The position numbers and the translations under genes were made by a program. A DNA stretch of 64,000 nt, from the NCBI GenBank assembly GCA_937925695.1, contig CALAMD010000055.1, positions 116,681 through 180,680 on the forward strand, given 5' to 3'. The notes under the pieces were generated by a model that was given only the letters and a program-made list of their open reading frames with translations, ran no database searches and was not told the DNA's origin. The stretch is from an uncultured Bacillaceae bacterium (lineage in GTDB: Bacteria > Bacillota > Bacilli > Bacillales > Amphibacillaceae). Of this stretch, positions 1-11,398 are shown one piece after another; position 1 is the first letter of the stretch, and each line of letters opens with the position of its first letter.

Positions 1-25
1 TAAATATAACATAGGACCGTTGTAG

Positions 26-763
26 GTGAAGGTTATGACGATGAATGAAGAAACTAAAGAGAAACATGTTCATCACGTTTTTGAAAAAATATATGAACAT
101 TATGATTCTATGAATTCAATTATTTCTTTTCGCCGACACAAGGCGTGGCGAAAAGATGTGATGAAACAGATGGAAGTAAAACAGGGTACAAAAGCCCTCG
201 ATGTATGTTGTGGGACAGGCGATTGGGCAATTGCCTTAGCAAATGAAGTTGGCCCGAACGGAAAGGTCGTTGGCTTGGATTTTAGTAAAAACATGCTTTC
301 TATTGCTGAAGATAAGAGGAAAAAACTCAAACTAGATCACCTTACACTCGTCCATGGCGACGCGATGGAGCTACCTTTTCCTGATCAAACCTTTGATTAT
401 GTCACAATCGGTTTTGGCTTAAGGAATGTTCCAGATTATATGAGAGTCTTGCAAGAACTATACCGTGTCGTTAAATCTGGTGGTAAAGTTGTCTGTTTAG
501 AAACATCTCAACCGGAATTGTTTGGCTTTAAGCAATTATATTTCTTATATTTTCGTTTTATCATGCCTTTATTCGGAAAGGTTTTTGCGAAAAGCTATGA
601 AGAATATTCATGGCTTCATGAATCAACAAAAAATTTCCCCGATAAACAGACTTTAAAACAGATGTTTTTACAAGCAGGTTTTTCAGACGTAAAAATCAAA
701 AGTTATTCCGGTGGTGTTGCTGCCATGCATATGGCCTTTAAAACAGAAAGAAAAATACAATAA
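26..763 (+). CDS. menG: Demethylmenaquinone methyltransferase (MenG/UbiE; B. subtilis menH)
   Basis: SAM motif [15 protein letters not shown]; precedes hepT-ndk. True start may be ATG 35 or 41. Confidence 0.95.
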   Translation: MKVMTMNEETKEKHVHHVFEKIYEHYDSMNSIISFRRHKAWRKDVMKQMEVKQGTKALDVCCGTGDWAIALANEVGPNGKVVGLDFSKNMLSIAEDKRKKLKLDHLTLVHGDAMELPFPDQTFDYVTIGFGLRNVPDYMRVLQELYRVVKSGGKVVCLETSQPELFGFKQLYFLYFRFIMPLFGKVFAKSYEEYSWLHESTKNFPDKQTLKQMFLQAGFSDVKIKSYSGGVAAMHMAFKTERKIQ

Positions 764-766
764 TAG

Positions 767-1747
767 GTGACAGTCATGAAATTAGCTCAAACATATCAAT
801 TTTTAAAAACTGATCTAAATGAGATAGAATTAAAGCTCCATCAAATCATTCAGGCTGACCATCCAGTTTTACGAAAAGCATCAACTCAGTTATTAGAGGC
901 CGGTGGCAAAAGAATTCGTCCAGTTTTTGTTTTACTTTCTGGACATTTTGGCCATTATAATTTTAACCGTCTGCTAACAGTAGCTGTTTCTTTGGAATTA
1001 ATACATATGGCAACATTGGTTCATGATGATGTTGTCGATGATGCTGCTCTACGAAGAGGCGAACCGACTGTTAAACATCGTTACGGAAATCGAGTGGCGA
1101 TGTATACCGGTGACTACATGTTGGCTAGGGCCCTTGAGAACATTACTTTATTAAATGATCCAGCGTTACATCAACAATTGGCAAAAACCCTTGTTGAGGT
1201 ATGCGTTGGTGAAATTGAACAAATAAAATATAAATATCATTGGGATCAGCATATTCGTGATTATTTAAGAAGAATTAAAAGAAAAACAGCCTTATTGATC
1301 GCGACAAGCTGTAAATTAGGTGCGATAGCTAGTGGAGCTTCCCGTGAAGATGCAAAAAACTTATTTAAATACGGATACTATATTGGCATGTCGTATCAAA
1401 TTATTGATGATATTCTCGATATAACAGAATCCGAAAAAACACTAGGAAAGCCAACAGCGAGTGATTTACTACAAGGAAATGTTACACTTCCTGTTTTGCT
1501 AGCGATGAAACAGCCATCATTTAAAGAGATGTTGACGGAGACGTTTCAAAATCGTGAATCAGTTGATCCTGATCGCTTTCAACGCCTACACGAAATGCTA
1601 CTAGCGACAAATGCTGTGGAAAAATCCTATGAATGGAGTCAATTATATTTACAAAAAGCGATCAATATTTTGGATAAATTACCAGATCATGAAGTAAAAC
1701 AAACCTTGCATGATATTGCAAGTTATATAGGCAAGCGCAAGAAGTAA
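767..1747 (+). CDS. hepT: Heptaprenyl diphosphate synthase component II
   Basis: GGKRIRP, two DDxxD motifs (HDDVVD, DDILD); synteny. Confidence 0.95.
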   Translation: MTVMKLAQTYQFLKTDLNEIELKLHQIIQADHPVLRKASTQLLEAGGKRIRPVFVLLSGHFGHYNFNRLLTVAVSLELIHMATLVHDDVVDDAALRRGEPTVKHRYGNRVAMYTGDYMLARALENITLLNDPALHQQLAKTLVEVCVGEIEQIKYKYHWDQHIRDYLRRIKRKTALLIATSCKLGAIASGASREDAKNLFKYGYYIGMSYQIIDDILDITESEKTLGKPTASDLLQGNVTLPVLLAMKQPSFKEMLTETFQNRESVDPDRFQRLHEMLLATNAVEKSYEWSQLYLQKAINILDKLPDHEVKQTLHDIASYIGKRKK

Positions 1748-1806
1748 TCATTTAACAACACCTTGTTACCTTTTAACTTTTCAAAATAAACATTGGAGGA
1801 ATTGAT

Positions 1807-2220
1807 TTGGAAAGAACGTTTATCATGATTAAACCTGATGGTGTCGAGCGGAAATTAATTGGCGAGATTATCAAACGGTTTGAAGCAAAAGGATTTACAC
1901 TCGTCGGTGCCAAATTAATGAATTTGACTGAGGAGATGGCAAAACAACATTATCAAGAACATAAGGACAAGCCATTTTTTGGTGATCTCATCAAGTTTAT
2001 TACATCAGGACCGGTGTTTGCCATGGTTTGGGAAGGGGAAGCCGTCATTAAAATTGCTCGACAAATGATCGGTGATACTAATCCACAAGATGCAATACCT
2101 GGCACAATTAGAGGCGATTATGCTGTCGTATTAAGACATAATATTATCCATGGATCAGATTCAGTAGCGAGTGCTGAAAGAGAAATCAATCTTTTTTTTC
2201 AACCAGAAGAACTGATTTAA
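1807..2220 (+). CDS. ndk: Nucleoside diphosphate kinase
   Basis: [21 protein letters not shown]; GGAGG RBS before TTG. Confidence 0.97.
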   Translation: MERTFIMIKPDGVERKLIGEIIKRFEAKGFTLVGAKLMNLTEEMAKQHYQEHKDKPFFGDLIKFITSGPVFAMVWEGEAVIKIARQMIGDTNPQDAIPGTIRGDYAVVLRHNIIHGSDSVASAEREINLFFQPEELI

Positions 2221-2273
2221 ATAAAATTAGCAATTCACCTTTTGGAATGTAGTTTCTCTAGAAGGAGGTACCA

Positions 2274-3065
2274 ATGACAGAGGGGTATGAGCAGTTTAAA
2301 ATAAAAATAAAAAACAAACTTGGTATTGATTTAAATCTATATAAAGAAGCACAGATGAAAAGAAGAATCACTTCGCTAAAAACGAAACGTGGTTTTAAGC
2401 ACTTTGCAGATTATTACCAAGCCCTTGAAGAAAATCAAGATTTGCTAACGGAGTTTATTGATCGCTTAACAATTAATGTCTCTGAATTTTATCGCAACCC
2501 TAAACGCTGGGAAGTTTTTAGAAAAAAAGTCATACCATTTTTGATCCAAGAAAAGGAAGGATTAAATATTTGGAGTGCCGCTTGTTCAACTGGTGAAGAA
2601 CCTTATACAATTGCTATGATTATGGAGGAATATTTTCCACAAATAAAGTACCGCATATTGGCAACTGATATTGATGAAAAGGTATTAGCTAAGGCTAAAA
2701 TTGGTATTTATCATGGACAATCCTTAAAGGCACTTCCGAAAAATTTATTACATAAATATTTTACGAAAAAAGATGGGCTATTTTATCTTGATTTAGCCCT
2801 TAAAGAATCTATCACATTTAATCGACATGATCTGTTAGCAGATAAATATCCTAACAATATAGATCTCATTGTTTGTCGAAATGTATTAATTTATTTTACT
2901 GATGTAGCAAAAGACATTATTTATCGAAATTTTAGCCAATCTTTAACAGATGATGGCATTTTATTTGTTGGCAGTACAGAACAAATCTTTACGCCTCAAG
3001 ACTATCATTTAACCGTTTTCGATACATTCTTTTATCAAAAAATGTCGAAAAATGCTGTCAATTAA
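2274..3065 (+). CDS. cheR: Chemotaxis protein-glutamate methyltransferase
   Basis: INVSEFYR, WSAACSTGEEPY, CRNVLIYF; synteny. Confidence 0.96.
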   Translation: MTEGYEQFKIKIKNKLGIDLNLYKEAQMKRRITSLKTKRGFKHFADYYQALEENQDLLTEFIDRLTINVSEFYRNPKRWEVFRKKVIPFLIQEKEGLNIWSAACSTGEEPYTIAMIMEEYFPQIKYRILATDIDEKVLAKAKIGIYHGQSLKALPKNLLHKYFTKKDGLFYLDLALKESITFNRHDLLADKYPNNIDLIVCRNVLIYFTDVAKDIIYRNFSQSLTDDGILFVGSTEQIFTPQDYHLTVFDTFFYQKMSKNAVN

Positions 3066-3103
3066 TAATATCTGATTGCTAATTTAAGAGATTTGCCTCG
3101 TTT

Positions 3104-3150
3104 AAAATAATACTCTTTGTTTTACAAACAAGAGTGTTATTTTTATTTTT
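3104..3150 (+). terminator. Probable intrinsic terminator after cheR
   Basis: Inverted repeat AAAATAATACTCTT...AAGAGTGTTATTTT followed by T tract. Confidence 0.6.
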
Positions 3151-3174
3151 AATCTACCAAAAACATTTAATCCA

Positions 3175-3203
3175 TTGCAAAATCATTCATTTACACTTAT
3201 AAT
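3175..3203 (+). promoter_or_regulatory. SigA-type promoter of the aro operon
   Basis: TTGCAA (3175-3180), 17 bp, TATAAT (3198-3203). Confidence 0.7.
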
Positions 3204-3288
3204 TATAAGTTATATTTTATATGCATAAATATTTTGAAATATGAGTCATTGATAATGGTACTCACATTGATTATACGTAAATGGAGGA

Positions 3289-4461
3289 ATGATCATGCGT
3301 TATTTAACAGCTGGTGAATCACATGGTAAACAATTAACGACAATTATTGAAGGTGTTCCTGCTCGGATGCCGTTACTGAAAGAAGACATTGACGAATCAT
3401 TACTGCGCAGACAAAAGGGGTATGGGCGTGGTCGACGCATGCAAATTGAAAAAGATCTAGTTGAAATTATGAGTGGGGTTCGCCATGGCTATACATTAGG
3501 TTCGCCAATATCTTTAGTTGTACATAATGATGATTTTAAAGCCTGGACAAAAATTATGGGCGAGGAACCAATCGATGAAGATGAGAAAATTCGTCGTGTG
3601 GTTACTAGACCAAGACCAGGTCATGCTGATTTAAATGGTGCGTTAAAATATGGTCATCGTGATATGCGAAATGTGTTAGAAAGATCATCTGCCCGGGAAA
3701 CTACTGCCCGTGTAGCTGCTGGTGCTGTCGCCAAAATTTTATTAAGACATTTAGGCATTGAAGTAGTTGGTTATGTAAAAGAAATTGCCGGTATTCGAGC
3801 CGATGATGACTTAACATTAACGATGAAAGAACGTCAAGATATATCCGAAGCATCACCTGTGAGAACATTGGACAAAAACGTTGAACAACAAATGATGGAT
3901 GCCATTGATCAGGCAAAAGCAGATGGTGATTCTATTGGTGGAGTTGTCGAAGTATATGTTGAAGGCATGCCAGCTGGAGTCGGATCATATGTACACTATG
4001 ATCGCAAATTAGATGGCCGGATTGCAGGAGCTGTTATGAGTATTAATGCCTTTAAAGGTGTTGAATTTGGTATTGGCTTTGAGGCTGCTCGTAAGCCTGG
4101 TAGTGAAGTACATGATGAAATTGCTTGGAATGAAGAACAAGGTTATTATCGTAAATCGAATCGCCTCGGTGGTTTTGAAGGTGGAATGACAAATGGAATG
4201 CCAATTGTTGTCAAAGGCGTGATGAAACCAATTCCAACCCTTTATAAACCATTGCAAAGTGTTGACATTGAAACGAAAGAACCATTCAATGCCAGTATCG
4301 AACGTTCGGATTCATGTGCAGTACCAGCCGCTGCCGTAGTCATGGAACACGTTGTCGCCTTTGAATTAGCAAAAGCCATAACAGAACAGTTTTCAAGTGA
4401 CCAGTTTCCGCAATTGAAAAAAGCAGTTGATCAATATCGTGAAGAAATTAGGTTGTTTTAA
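3289..4461 (+). CDS. aroC: Chorismate synthase (B. subtilis aroF)
   Basis: [37 protein letters not shown]. Confidence 0.97.
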   Translation: MIMRYLTAGESHGKQLTTIIEGVPARMPLLKEDIDESLLRRQKGYGRGRRMQIEKDLVEIMSGVRHGYTLGSPISLVVHNDDFKAWTKIMGEEPIDEDEKIRRVVTRPRPGHADLNGALKYGHRDMRNVLERSSARETTARVAAGAVAKILLRHLGIEVVGYVKEIAGIRADDDLTLTMKERQDISEASPVRTLDKNVEQQMMDAIDQAKADGDSIGGVVEVYVEGMPAGVGSYVHYDRKLDGRIAGAVMSINAFKGVEFGIGFEAARKPGSEVHDEIAWNEEQGYYRKSNRLGGFEGGMTNGMPIVVKGVMKPIPTLYKPLQSVDIETKEPFNASIERSDSCAVPAAAVVMEHVVAFELAKAITEQFSSDQFPQLKKAVDQYREEIRLF

Positions 4462-5531
4462 TGAAAAAGTTAACAGTTCAATCAAGTACAAACCGATATC
4501 AAGTCGTAATCGGTCAGAATATTCGCTTTCACCTCCAAGAATTCATCGATAAACAATACTCAGCTATTATGATCATTACCGATGAAACCGTCGAAAAGTT
4601 ATATTTATCAGATATTAAAGAAAACTTTTCTAATCAGACCATCTACACAGCTGTTGTACCTAGTGGGGAACAGTCAAAAAGCTTTGACTATTATTATGAG
4701 TTACAAACAAAAGCCATTCAGAACGGCCTCGATCGAAAGTCGTTGATTATAGCCCTAGGTGGTGGAGTTGTTGGAGATTTAGCGGGATTTGTAGCTGCTA
4801 CATTTTTACGAGGCATCGACTATATTCAAGTACCAACAACGATTCTCGCCCATGATAGTAGTGTAGGTGGAAAAGTAGCAATCAATCATGAATTAGGTAA
4901 AAACTTAATTGGAAGTTTTTATCCACCTCAAGCAGTCATTTATGATGTACATACATTACAAACATTGAGTGAGAGCGAAGTCAGATCTGGTTATGCAGAG
5001 CTTATAAAAGAGGCTTTAATCGCTGATCAACACTTTTTTCAATCCTTAATCAATACTGATTTACAGAAAATTACTCCTGATCAATTACAAGAACATCTTT
5101 ATGCGGGGATTAAGATTAAAAGAGATATTGTCGAAGCAGACGAAAAAGAAGCTGGCGAACGGATGTTTCTCAATTTAGGTCATACATTGGCCCATGCACT
5201 AGAAGCCGAACTCGGTTATGGCAAATTGACACATGGTGAGGCAGTCGCAATTGGCTTACTATTTGCCATGCTAGTAAGTGAACAATTATATAAAAGTCCA
5301 TTACCATATGATCAATTATTAACTTGGTTAAAGAACAACAATTATCCGCTTCAGCTAACAGAAATTTCAGTAGATAAAATTATCCAAAAAATGAAACTTG
5401 ATAAAAAAGTAGTTCAGCAGACAATCCAAATGGTTTTATTAAAACAGATCGGTGAACCTGTTGTGACAGAAATGAGTGATGAAGCATTGACTACATATTT
5501 AACAAGATTTTTAAGAGAGTTGGTGAAATGA
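4461..5531 (+). CDS. aroB: 3-dehydroquinate synthase
   Basis: GGGVVGDLAGF, DSSVGGK, LNLGHTLAHA, HGEAV. Confidence 0.97.
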   Translation: MKKLTVQSSTNRYQVVIGQNIRFHLQEFIDKQYSAIMIITDETVEKLYLSDIKENFSNQTIYTAVVPSGEQSKSFDYYYELQTKAIQNGLDRKSLIIALGGGVVGDLAGFVAATFLRGIDYIQVPTTILAHDSSVGGKVAINHELGKNLIGSFYPPQAVIYDVHTLQTLSESEVRSGYAELIKEALIADQHFFQSLINTDLQKITPDQLQEHLYAGIKIKRDIVEADEKEAGERMFLNLGHTLAHALEAELGYGKLTHGEAVAIGLLFAMLVSEQLYKSPLPYDQLLTWLKNNNYPLQLTEISVDKIIQKMKLDKKVVQQTIQMVLLKQIGEPVVTEMSDEALTTYLTRFLRELVK

Positions 5532-5908
5532 TGACGAGAGGTGTACGAGGTGCTACCACTGTTACAAATAATGATGCGGAAGAAATCATAACTAATACGA
5601 AACATTTACTTGAAGAAATGATCGATAAAAATAATATTCATCCAGAAGAGGTTTCACATGTTTTTATTTCAGTTACCAACGATATCAATGCAACATTTCC
5701 AGCACAAGCATTGCGACAGTTACCAGGATGGAAGTTTGTTCCGGTCATGTGTATGCGTGAGATAGATGTTCCTGGAAGTTTACCTAAATGTATCCGAGTG
5801 ATGATGGTGATTAATACTGATAAAAACCAAAAAGAAATTGATCATGTATTCCACCATGAAGCGATTAAATTACGACCTGATCTAATTTCAGAGGAAGGGG
5901 ATCGCTAA
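5528..5908 (+). CDS. aroH: Chorismate mutase, AroH class
   Basis: RGVRGATT, FPA, LRPDL. Confidence 0.95.
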   Translation: MMTRGVRGATTVTNNDAEEIITNTKHLLEEMIDKNNIHPEEVSHVFISVTNDINATFPAQALRQLPGWKFVPVMCMREIDVPGSLPKCIRVMMVINTDKNQKEIDHVFHHEAIKLRPDLISEEGDR

Positions 5909-7002
5909 TGTTTGGTAAAGAGGTACTCAAAGAACTATCACCCTATCAGCAAGGTAAACAAATAGAAGAAATTAAAGCCCAATATCAATTAGATCAAGTA
6001 GTCAAATTATCTTCAAATGAAAACCCCTATGGATTTTCTGAGCGCGTGAAAGAAGTCCTACAAAACCAATTGGATTTATTGCATATTTATCCTGATGGTT
6101 ATGCAAGTAAACTGAGAACGGCACTTGCCAATCAGTTAGGGGTTGAAGAACAACAGTTAGTATTTGGAAGTGGCTCTGATGAATTAATTCAAATTATTTG
6201 TCGTACTTTTCTTTATGATGGCACAAATACAGTCATGGCCACGCCGACCTTCACCCAATATAAACATCATAGTTTAATCGAAGGTGCTGAAATTGTAGAG
6301 GTACCAACGAAAGATGGCTATCATCAATTAGATGAGATGATTATGGCTATTAATGATATGACTAAAGTTGTTTGGATTTGTGCACCAGATAATCCAAGCG
6401 GAACAATGATTCATAAAAATGACTTACTTGATTTCTTGAAACAATGTCCAAGTCATGTGATCGTAGTCTTAGATGAAGCTTATTACGAATATATCGATCC
6501 TGACCATAGGATAGATGGGATAGATTTGCTTAAAACTTATCCAAATTTAGTCTTACTAAGAACGTTTTCGAAAGCATATGGCATAGCAGCCTTACGTATT
6601 GGTTACGCGATAACAAGTGAACAAGTTGCTGACAAGTTAAATGTCGTTCGCGGACCCTTTAATACAACGACACTGACACAGGAAGCCGCCCTTAGTGCAC
6701 TTTTTGATCAGTCATTTATTCATGAAACAGTTACCAAAAACAAACGAGTTAAACAATTATTTCAACGTTCATTAGCTGACATTGGTTGGGAGTATTATCC
6801 TTCCCAAACAAATTTTGTATTAGTTAAAACCCCAATTAGTGGTCTTGAAGTTTTTGACTACTTGATTAGGTATGGATACATTGTTCGGCCTGGGGAATTA
6901 CTTGGCTATCCTAATACAATTCGAGTAACGATTGGCACAGAAGAGGATATGTTGTCGTTATCAAAAGTTATTTTGCAACTAGATAATGAAACTAAAAAAT
7001 GA
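5908..7002 (+). CDS. hisC: Histidinol-phosphate/aromatic aminotransferase
   Basis: KLSSNENP, DEAY, RTFSKAYG (PLP lysine). Confidence 0.95.
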   Translation: MFGKEVLKELSPYQQGKQIEEIKAQYQLDQVVKLSSNENPYGFSERVKEVLQNQLDLLHIYPDGYASKLRTALANQLGVEEQQLVFGSGSDELIQIICRTFLYDGTNTVMATPTFTQYKHHSLIEGAEIVEVPTKDGYHQLDEMIMAINDMTKVVWICAPDNPSGTMIHKNDLLDFLKQCPSHVIVVLDEAYYEYIDPDHRIDGIDLLKTYPNLVLLRTFSKAYGIAALRIGYAITSEQVADKLNVVRGPFNTTTLTQEAALSALFDQSFIHETVTKNKRVKQLFQRSLADIGWEYYPSQTNFVLVKTPISGLEVFDYLIRYGYIVRPGELLGYPNTIRVTIGTEEDMLSLSKVILQLDNETKK

Positions 7003-7005
7003 GGT

Positions 7006-8112
7006 ATGTCCATGACTAAAACAATATTCATTGCTGGTCTTGGATTGATCGGTGGTAGTATTGCTAAGGCAATTTCCCAAACAAACGATTATTGTATCAT
7101 TGGCTATGATACAAATGTAAAAGCATCAAAATATGCCTTATCACAGCAGATTATCGATATCCAAGCCCATAATTTTAACGAAGCAGCTAAACAAGCTGAT
7201 GTGATTATTTTAGCTACACCGATTTCAGAAACAATTAAATTATTAAAGACCTTAGATCAGATTAATTTTACCCATGAAGTTATCGTAACAGATGTATCAT
7301 CTGTTAAAGGATCAATCATGGCGGTTGCTAATGAATTATCGAACGAAAAAATTGTCTTTATTGGTGGCCATCCAATGGCAGGTTCACATAAAACGGGTAT
7401 TCAAGCTGCCAAAGAACATTTATTTGAAAATGCTATTTATGTGTTAACACCTACTCATAATTGTTCAAATACAAAGGTAGCAGAATTAAAAGAAATATTA
7501 GCAGGAACGAAGAGTCATTTTATCATTTTAAAACCTGAAGAACACGATGAAATGACTAGTGTCATCTCTCATTTCCCCCATTTAATTGCATCATCACTTG
7601 TACATCAAGCACGGAAATGGGAACAAAAACATGCTTATATTCCAGATTTAGCAGCAGGGGGATTTCGTGATATAACTCGAATAGCATCCAGCAATCCAAA
7701 GTTATGGCAAGATATTTTTTATCATAATGGCCGTAAAATGATTAGTTTACTCGATGAATGGATTAAAGAAATGACGAGCCTCAAAAAAATGTTAGCTGAA
7801 AATCAAAAAGAACAAATGATCAATTACTTAACAACTGCTAAAGATTATCGGGATGGATTAAATAAAGACAAAAAAGGTGCGATTCCATCTTTTTATGATT
7901 TTTATGTTGATATTAAAGACCAACCAGGTGCAATTGCCCTCGTTGTACAAATCTTAGCAGTAAAAGAAATTAATATAAAAAACATTCAAATTTTAGAAAT
8001 TAGAGATGGCATTAACGGTGCATTACGAATCAGTGTACCAACAAAAGAAGCCCAATCTGAAAGTGTAAAATTATTAACTAAACACGGCTATGATGTGACC
8101 GTTGCAGATTAA
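7006..8112 (+). CDS. tyrA: Prephenate dehydrogenase with C-terminal ACT domain
   Basis: GLGLIGGS, GGHPMAGS, SHFPH, GFRDITRIA, ACT motif DQPG. Confidence 0.95.
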   Translation: MSMTKTIFIAGLGLIGGSIAKAISQTNDYCIIGYDTNVKASKYALSQQIIDIQAHNFNEAAKQADVIILATPISETIKLLKTLDQINFTHEVIVTDVSSVKGSIMAVANELSNEKIVFIGGHPMAGSHKTGIQAAKEHLFENAIYVLTPTHNCSNTKVAELKEILAGTKSHFIILKPEEHDEMTSVISHFPHLIASSLVHQARKWEQKHAYIPDLAAGGFRDITRIASSNPKLWQDIFYHNGRKMISLLDEWIKEMTSLKKMLAENQKEQMINYLTTAKDYRDGLNKDKKGAIPSFYDFYVDIKDQPGAIALVVQILAVKEINIKNIQILEIRDGINGALRISVPTKEAQSESVKLLTKHGYDVTVAD

Positions 8113-8136
8113 TGATAAACAGGGAAGTGAATAATA

Positions 8137-9432
8137 TTGGCTAAATTAACACGTAGACCGTTGCAAAGTCCAATAACCGGTGAAATTGAAGTACCAGGTG
8201 ATAAATCAATTTCTCATCGCGCTATTATGCTAGGATCTTTAGCAAAGGGAACAACTGTCATTACGAACTTTTTAAATGGTGAAGATTGTCTGCGAACAGT
8301 CGAAGCTTTTCGCGCATTAGGTGTAGAGATTGAGCAGCAAGGAACAACCATCACCATTCAAAGCAACGGAATGAATGAACTAAAAGAACCAACCAGTCCA
8401 TTGTACTTTGGGAATTCGGGGACAACTGCCCGGTTAATGCTTGGGATATTATCTGGTTTACCTTTTTTTACGACGATCTATGGTGATCCCTATTTAACGC
8501 AACGTCCTATGGATCGAGTAACAAACCCATTACAGAAAATGGGTGTAACCCTCGATGGACGCAGCGAGAAAAGATTTTTACCAATCTCTATTCGTGGGGG
8601 CAATTTAACAGGTATCCATTATGAATTACCAGTAAAAAGTGCACAAGTTAAATCAGCCATTTTACTTGCAGGTTTATTTGCCAATGGTGAAACAACCGTG
8701 GTCGAAAAAACCAAGACTAGAGACCATACAGAGAATTTATTAACAGCATTTGGTGCTGATATTAAGAGGACAAATAATGAAATCACCATAACAAATAAAC
8801 AACCTCTCGTTGCTACAGATGTATTTGTTCCAGGTGACATTTCTTCAGCAGCCTTTTTATTAGTTGCAGCTGCCATTGTTCCAAATAGTGAGTTAACGAT
8901 TAAAAAGGTCGGTTTAAACGAAACACGTACTGGTATCATCGATGTCCTACAAGCGATGGGGGCATCATGTGAGATCACTAATGTGCAACGATTAAATGGG
9001 GAAGTCTACGGTGATATACACATCCGCTATCAAGAATTAACGGGCACAACGATTGCAGGTGATATCATACCGCGACTAATTGATGAGTTGCCGATCATTG
9101 CCTTATTGGCTACCCAAGCAGAAGGGAAAACAATTATCCGTGACGCAGAAGAACTACGTGTAAAAGAAACAGATCGCATTGCTGCAGTTGTCGATGTATT
9201 ATCAACCCTTGGGGCAAACATTGAAGCAACGAAAGATGGCATGATCATTCAGGGAAAAACACCGTTAACTGGTGGCGAAATATCCGCTTATCACGATCAT
9301 CGAATCGCGATGATGGGTGTGGTGGCATCTTTAATAGCTAAAGGCCCTGTTACCCTTGATGATGATTCATCAATTGCGATCTCCTATCCTACATTTTTTG
9401 AAGATCTAAGTGCAATCTCGAAAACCTATTAA
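8137..9432 (+). CDS. aroA: EPSP synthase (B. subtilis aroE)
   Basis: PGDKSISHR, GNSGT, SAQVKSA, KETDRI, DHRIAM. Confidence 0.97.
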   Translation: MAKLTRRPLQSPITGEIEVPGDKSISHRAIMLGSLAKGTTVITNFLNGEDCLRTVEAFRALGVEIEQQGTTITIQSNGMNELKEPTSPLYFGNSGTTARLMLGILSGLPFFTTIYGDPYLTQRPMDRVTNPLQKMGVTLDGRSEKRFLPISIRGGNLTGIHYELPVKSAQVKSAILLAGLFANGETTVVEKTKTRDHTENLLTAFGADIKRTNNEITITNKQPLVATDVFVPGDISSAAFLLVAAAIVPNSELTIKKVGLNETRTGIIDVLQAMGASCEITNVQRLNGEVYGDIHIRYQELTGTTIAGDIIPRLIDELPIIALLATQAEGKTIIRDAEELRVKETDRIAAVVDVLSTLGANIEATKDGMIIQGKTPLTGGEISAYHDHRIAMMGVVASLIAKGPVTLDDDSSIAISYPTFFEDLSAISKTY

Positions 9433-9520
9433 TCAGGCTTGTTCATCACCAGCATTTATCTGGATTCTTACTCTTTTACTATGTTAAAATTTATAGACTG
9501 AAACGATATGTAAAGAGAGG

Positions 9521-10792
9521 ATGCACTACATGGATTTTATTTTCGAAGCAATGCAATTGATGGAGAATAAGGAAACGAAACGTGCCCTCAAACTAATAAA
9601 CGATCAACTGCCAAATGCAAATGATGAGCAAAAATACGCCATTGTAGAATTCTATTTACAATGGGGTTTTTTTGAAGAAGCAAAGGAACTATTACATGTT
9701 TTAATCCGCCAATATCCTGATGAATCAGAACTAAAGGTTTTACTAGCGAACATTTATATTGATTTAGAAAATGACCAAGAGGCCATTCAGTTATTAAATG
9801 AAGTTCGAGAAGGTGACCCTTCCTATGAACAAGCCCTTCTGCAACTTGCTGATCTATATCAGTCACAAGGATTGTTTGAAGTGGCAGAACAAAAATTATT
9901 ACAAGCGAAGCAAATCAATCCCGATGAAATTATAATTGATTTGGCCCTTGGTGAATTTTATTTTTCAATTGCTGAATATCCAAAAGCGGTTCTTTATTAT
10001 GAGAGAATCATTGAACAAACAAAAGAAGTGGCTAACATTTCAATTACCGCTCGTTTAGCTGAAGCGTTAGCATCATCTGGTCAATATGAACAAGCCCTCC
10101 ATTATTATGAACAACTAGATAGCGATGATCCGGATCTATTATTTAAATTTGGATTAACCGCCTATCATACTGATCGGAAAGATTTGGCTATTCAGGTTTG
10201 GAATCAAGTACTAGAAATTGATGAATATTATCACACTGTATATTATGAGTTAGCCAATACCTATCATGAAGAGGGTATGTTACCAGAGGCCTATCGTATC
10301 AGTCAACAGGGTATTCAAAAAGATAATTTCAATAAAGAACTATTTTATTTAGCTGGCGTTATTGCCTATGAGTTAGAAAAATACGATGAAAGTGAAAAAC
10401 ATCTATCCAATGCTGTCGCTTTAGATCCCGATTATCTTGATGCTGGTTTATTCTTAATCAAAATGTATAAAGAGGAAGACGATTACGATAAAATTGTGGA
10501 TTTCATCAGTGATTTACAAGCCCAAGGAACCACAGATCCAATGTATCAATGGGAATTGGCAAGTGCATACAGCGAACTTGATGATTATGATTTAGCTGCT
10601 GAACATTATGAAGAAGCCTATTCTTACTTAAATCATAACAGTGATTTTTTAAAAGAGTATGGCTATTTTCTCGTTGAATATGGCCAAGTACAACAAGCCA
10701 TACCTATATTAAAAGCATATCTAAATTATGAACCGACAGATCTGGACATGCAAGATTATCTCGAACGATTGGAAGATATTTATGAAGAGTAA
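9521..10792 (+). CDS. ypiA: TPR-repeat protein YpiA
   Basis: Multiple helical TPR-like repeats; position after aroA. Confidence 0.85.
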   Translation: MHYMDFIFEAMQLMENKETKRALKLINDQLPNANDEQKYAIVEFYLQWGFFEEAKELLHVLIRQYPDESELKVLLANIYIDLENDQEAIQLLNEVREGDPSYEQALLQLADLYQSQGLFEVAEQKLLQAKQINPDEIIIDLALGEFYFSIAEYPKAVLYYERIIEQTKEVANISITARLAEALASSGQYEQALHYYEQLDSDDPDLLFKFGLTAYHTDRKDLAIQVWNQVLEIDEYYHTVYYELANTYHEEGMLPEAYRISQQGIQKDNFNKELFYLAGVIAYELEKYDESEKHLSNAVALDPDYLDAGLFLIKMYKEEDDYDKIVDFISDLQAQGTTDPMYQWELASAYSELDDYDLAAEHYEEAYSYLNHNSDFLKEYGYFLVEYGQVQQAIPILKAYLNYEPTDLDMQDYLERLEDIYEE

Positions 10793-10806
10793 GGGGGAGC
10801 ACGATA

Positions 10807-11361
10807 GTGAATCGTGATATTCCTATTCAAGCTAAAAAAGATTTTATTCAAATGATTTTAAAGCAATATGAATTAAAAAACCTTGCTAGTAAATGGATTT
10901 TAGAATACGTATTAGTGAATGACCATTTACTAGTCAATAGTCATTTTGTAAAAGACGCTAGTCACTGTCCACGAGGCATTATGATCAGTACGACCTGTTC
11001 ACCAAGAGTTGGATTTCGTTTTCATAAAAAACATGTTGTTACTTTTGATGTTGATAAGGCTTTTCATGATTTAAGATTTAACAAAGATGAACCGATGTAT
11101 TGGCAAATTAATTTTCATCAAGCAGAAAAAAATCCACAATATATCGCCATATTAGCAGACAATCCTTATGCACCTGAGTACAAAACATTACAAAAACAAG
11201 ATGAAATCATTGCTAACCATTTACTTACAAAAATTATGTTTGAAGAGCGAGAATCTGTTTTAAAAAAACAGATTGATCGCTCATTGGATGAACATGATCG
11301 AAATAAATTTTATCAGCTCACAAATGAATTAAAGCAATTGTATGAGCTTTATAAAGGATAA
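10807..11361 (+). CDS. ypiB: YpiB/ReoY family protein (UPF0302 plus IDEAL domain)
   Basis: KKDFI, CPRG, AFHDLR, C-terminal IDRSLD...FYQLT; synteny. Confidence 0.85.
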   Translation: MNRDIPIQAKKDFIQMILKQYELKNLASKWILEYVLVNDHLLVNSHFVKDASHCPRGIMISTTCSPRVGFRFHKKHVVTFDVDKAFHDLRFNKDEPMYWQINFHQAEKNPQYIAILADNPYAPEYKTLQKQDEIIANHLLTKIMFEERESVLKKQIDRSLDEHDRNKFYQLTNELKQLYELYKG

Positions 11362-11398
11362 CAATTACTGTATTAGTTATTAAACAAGTCGAGGGTGA

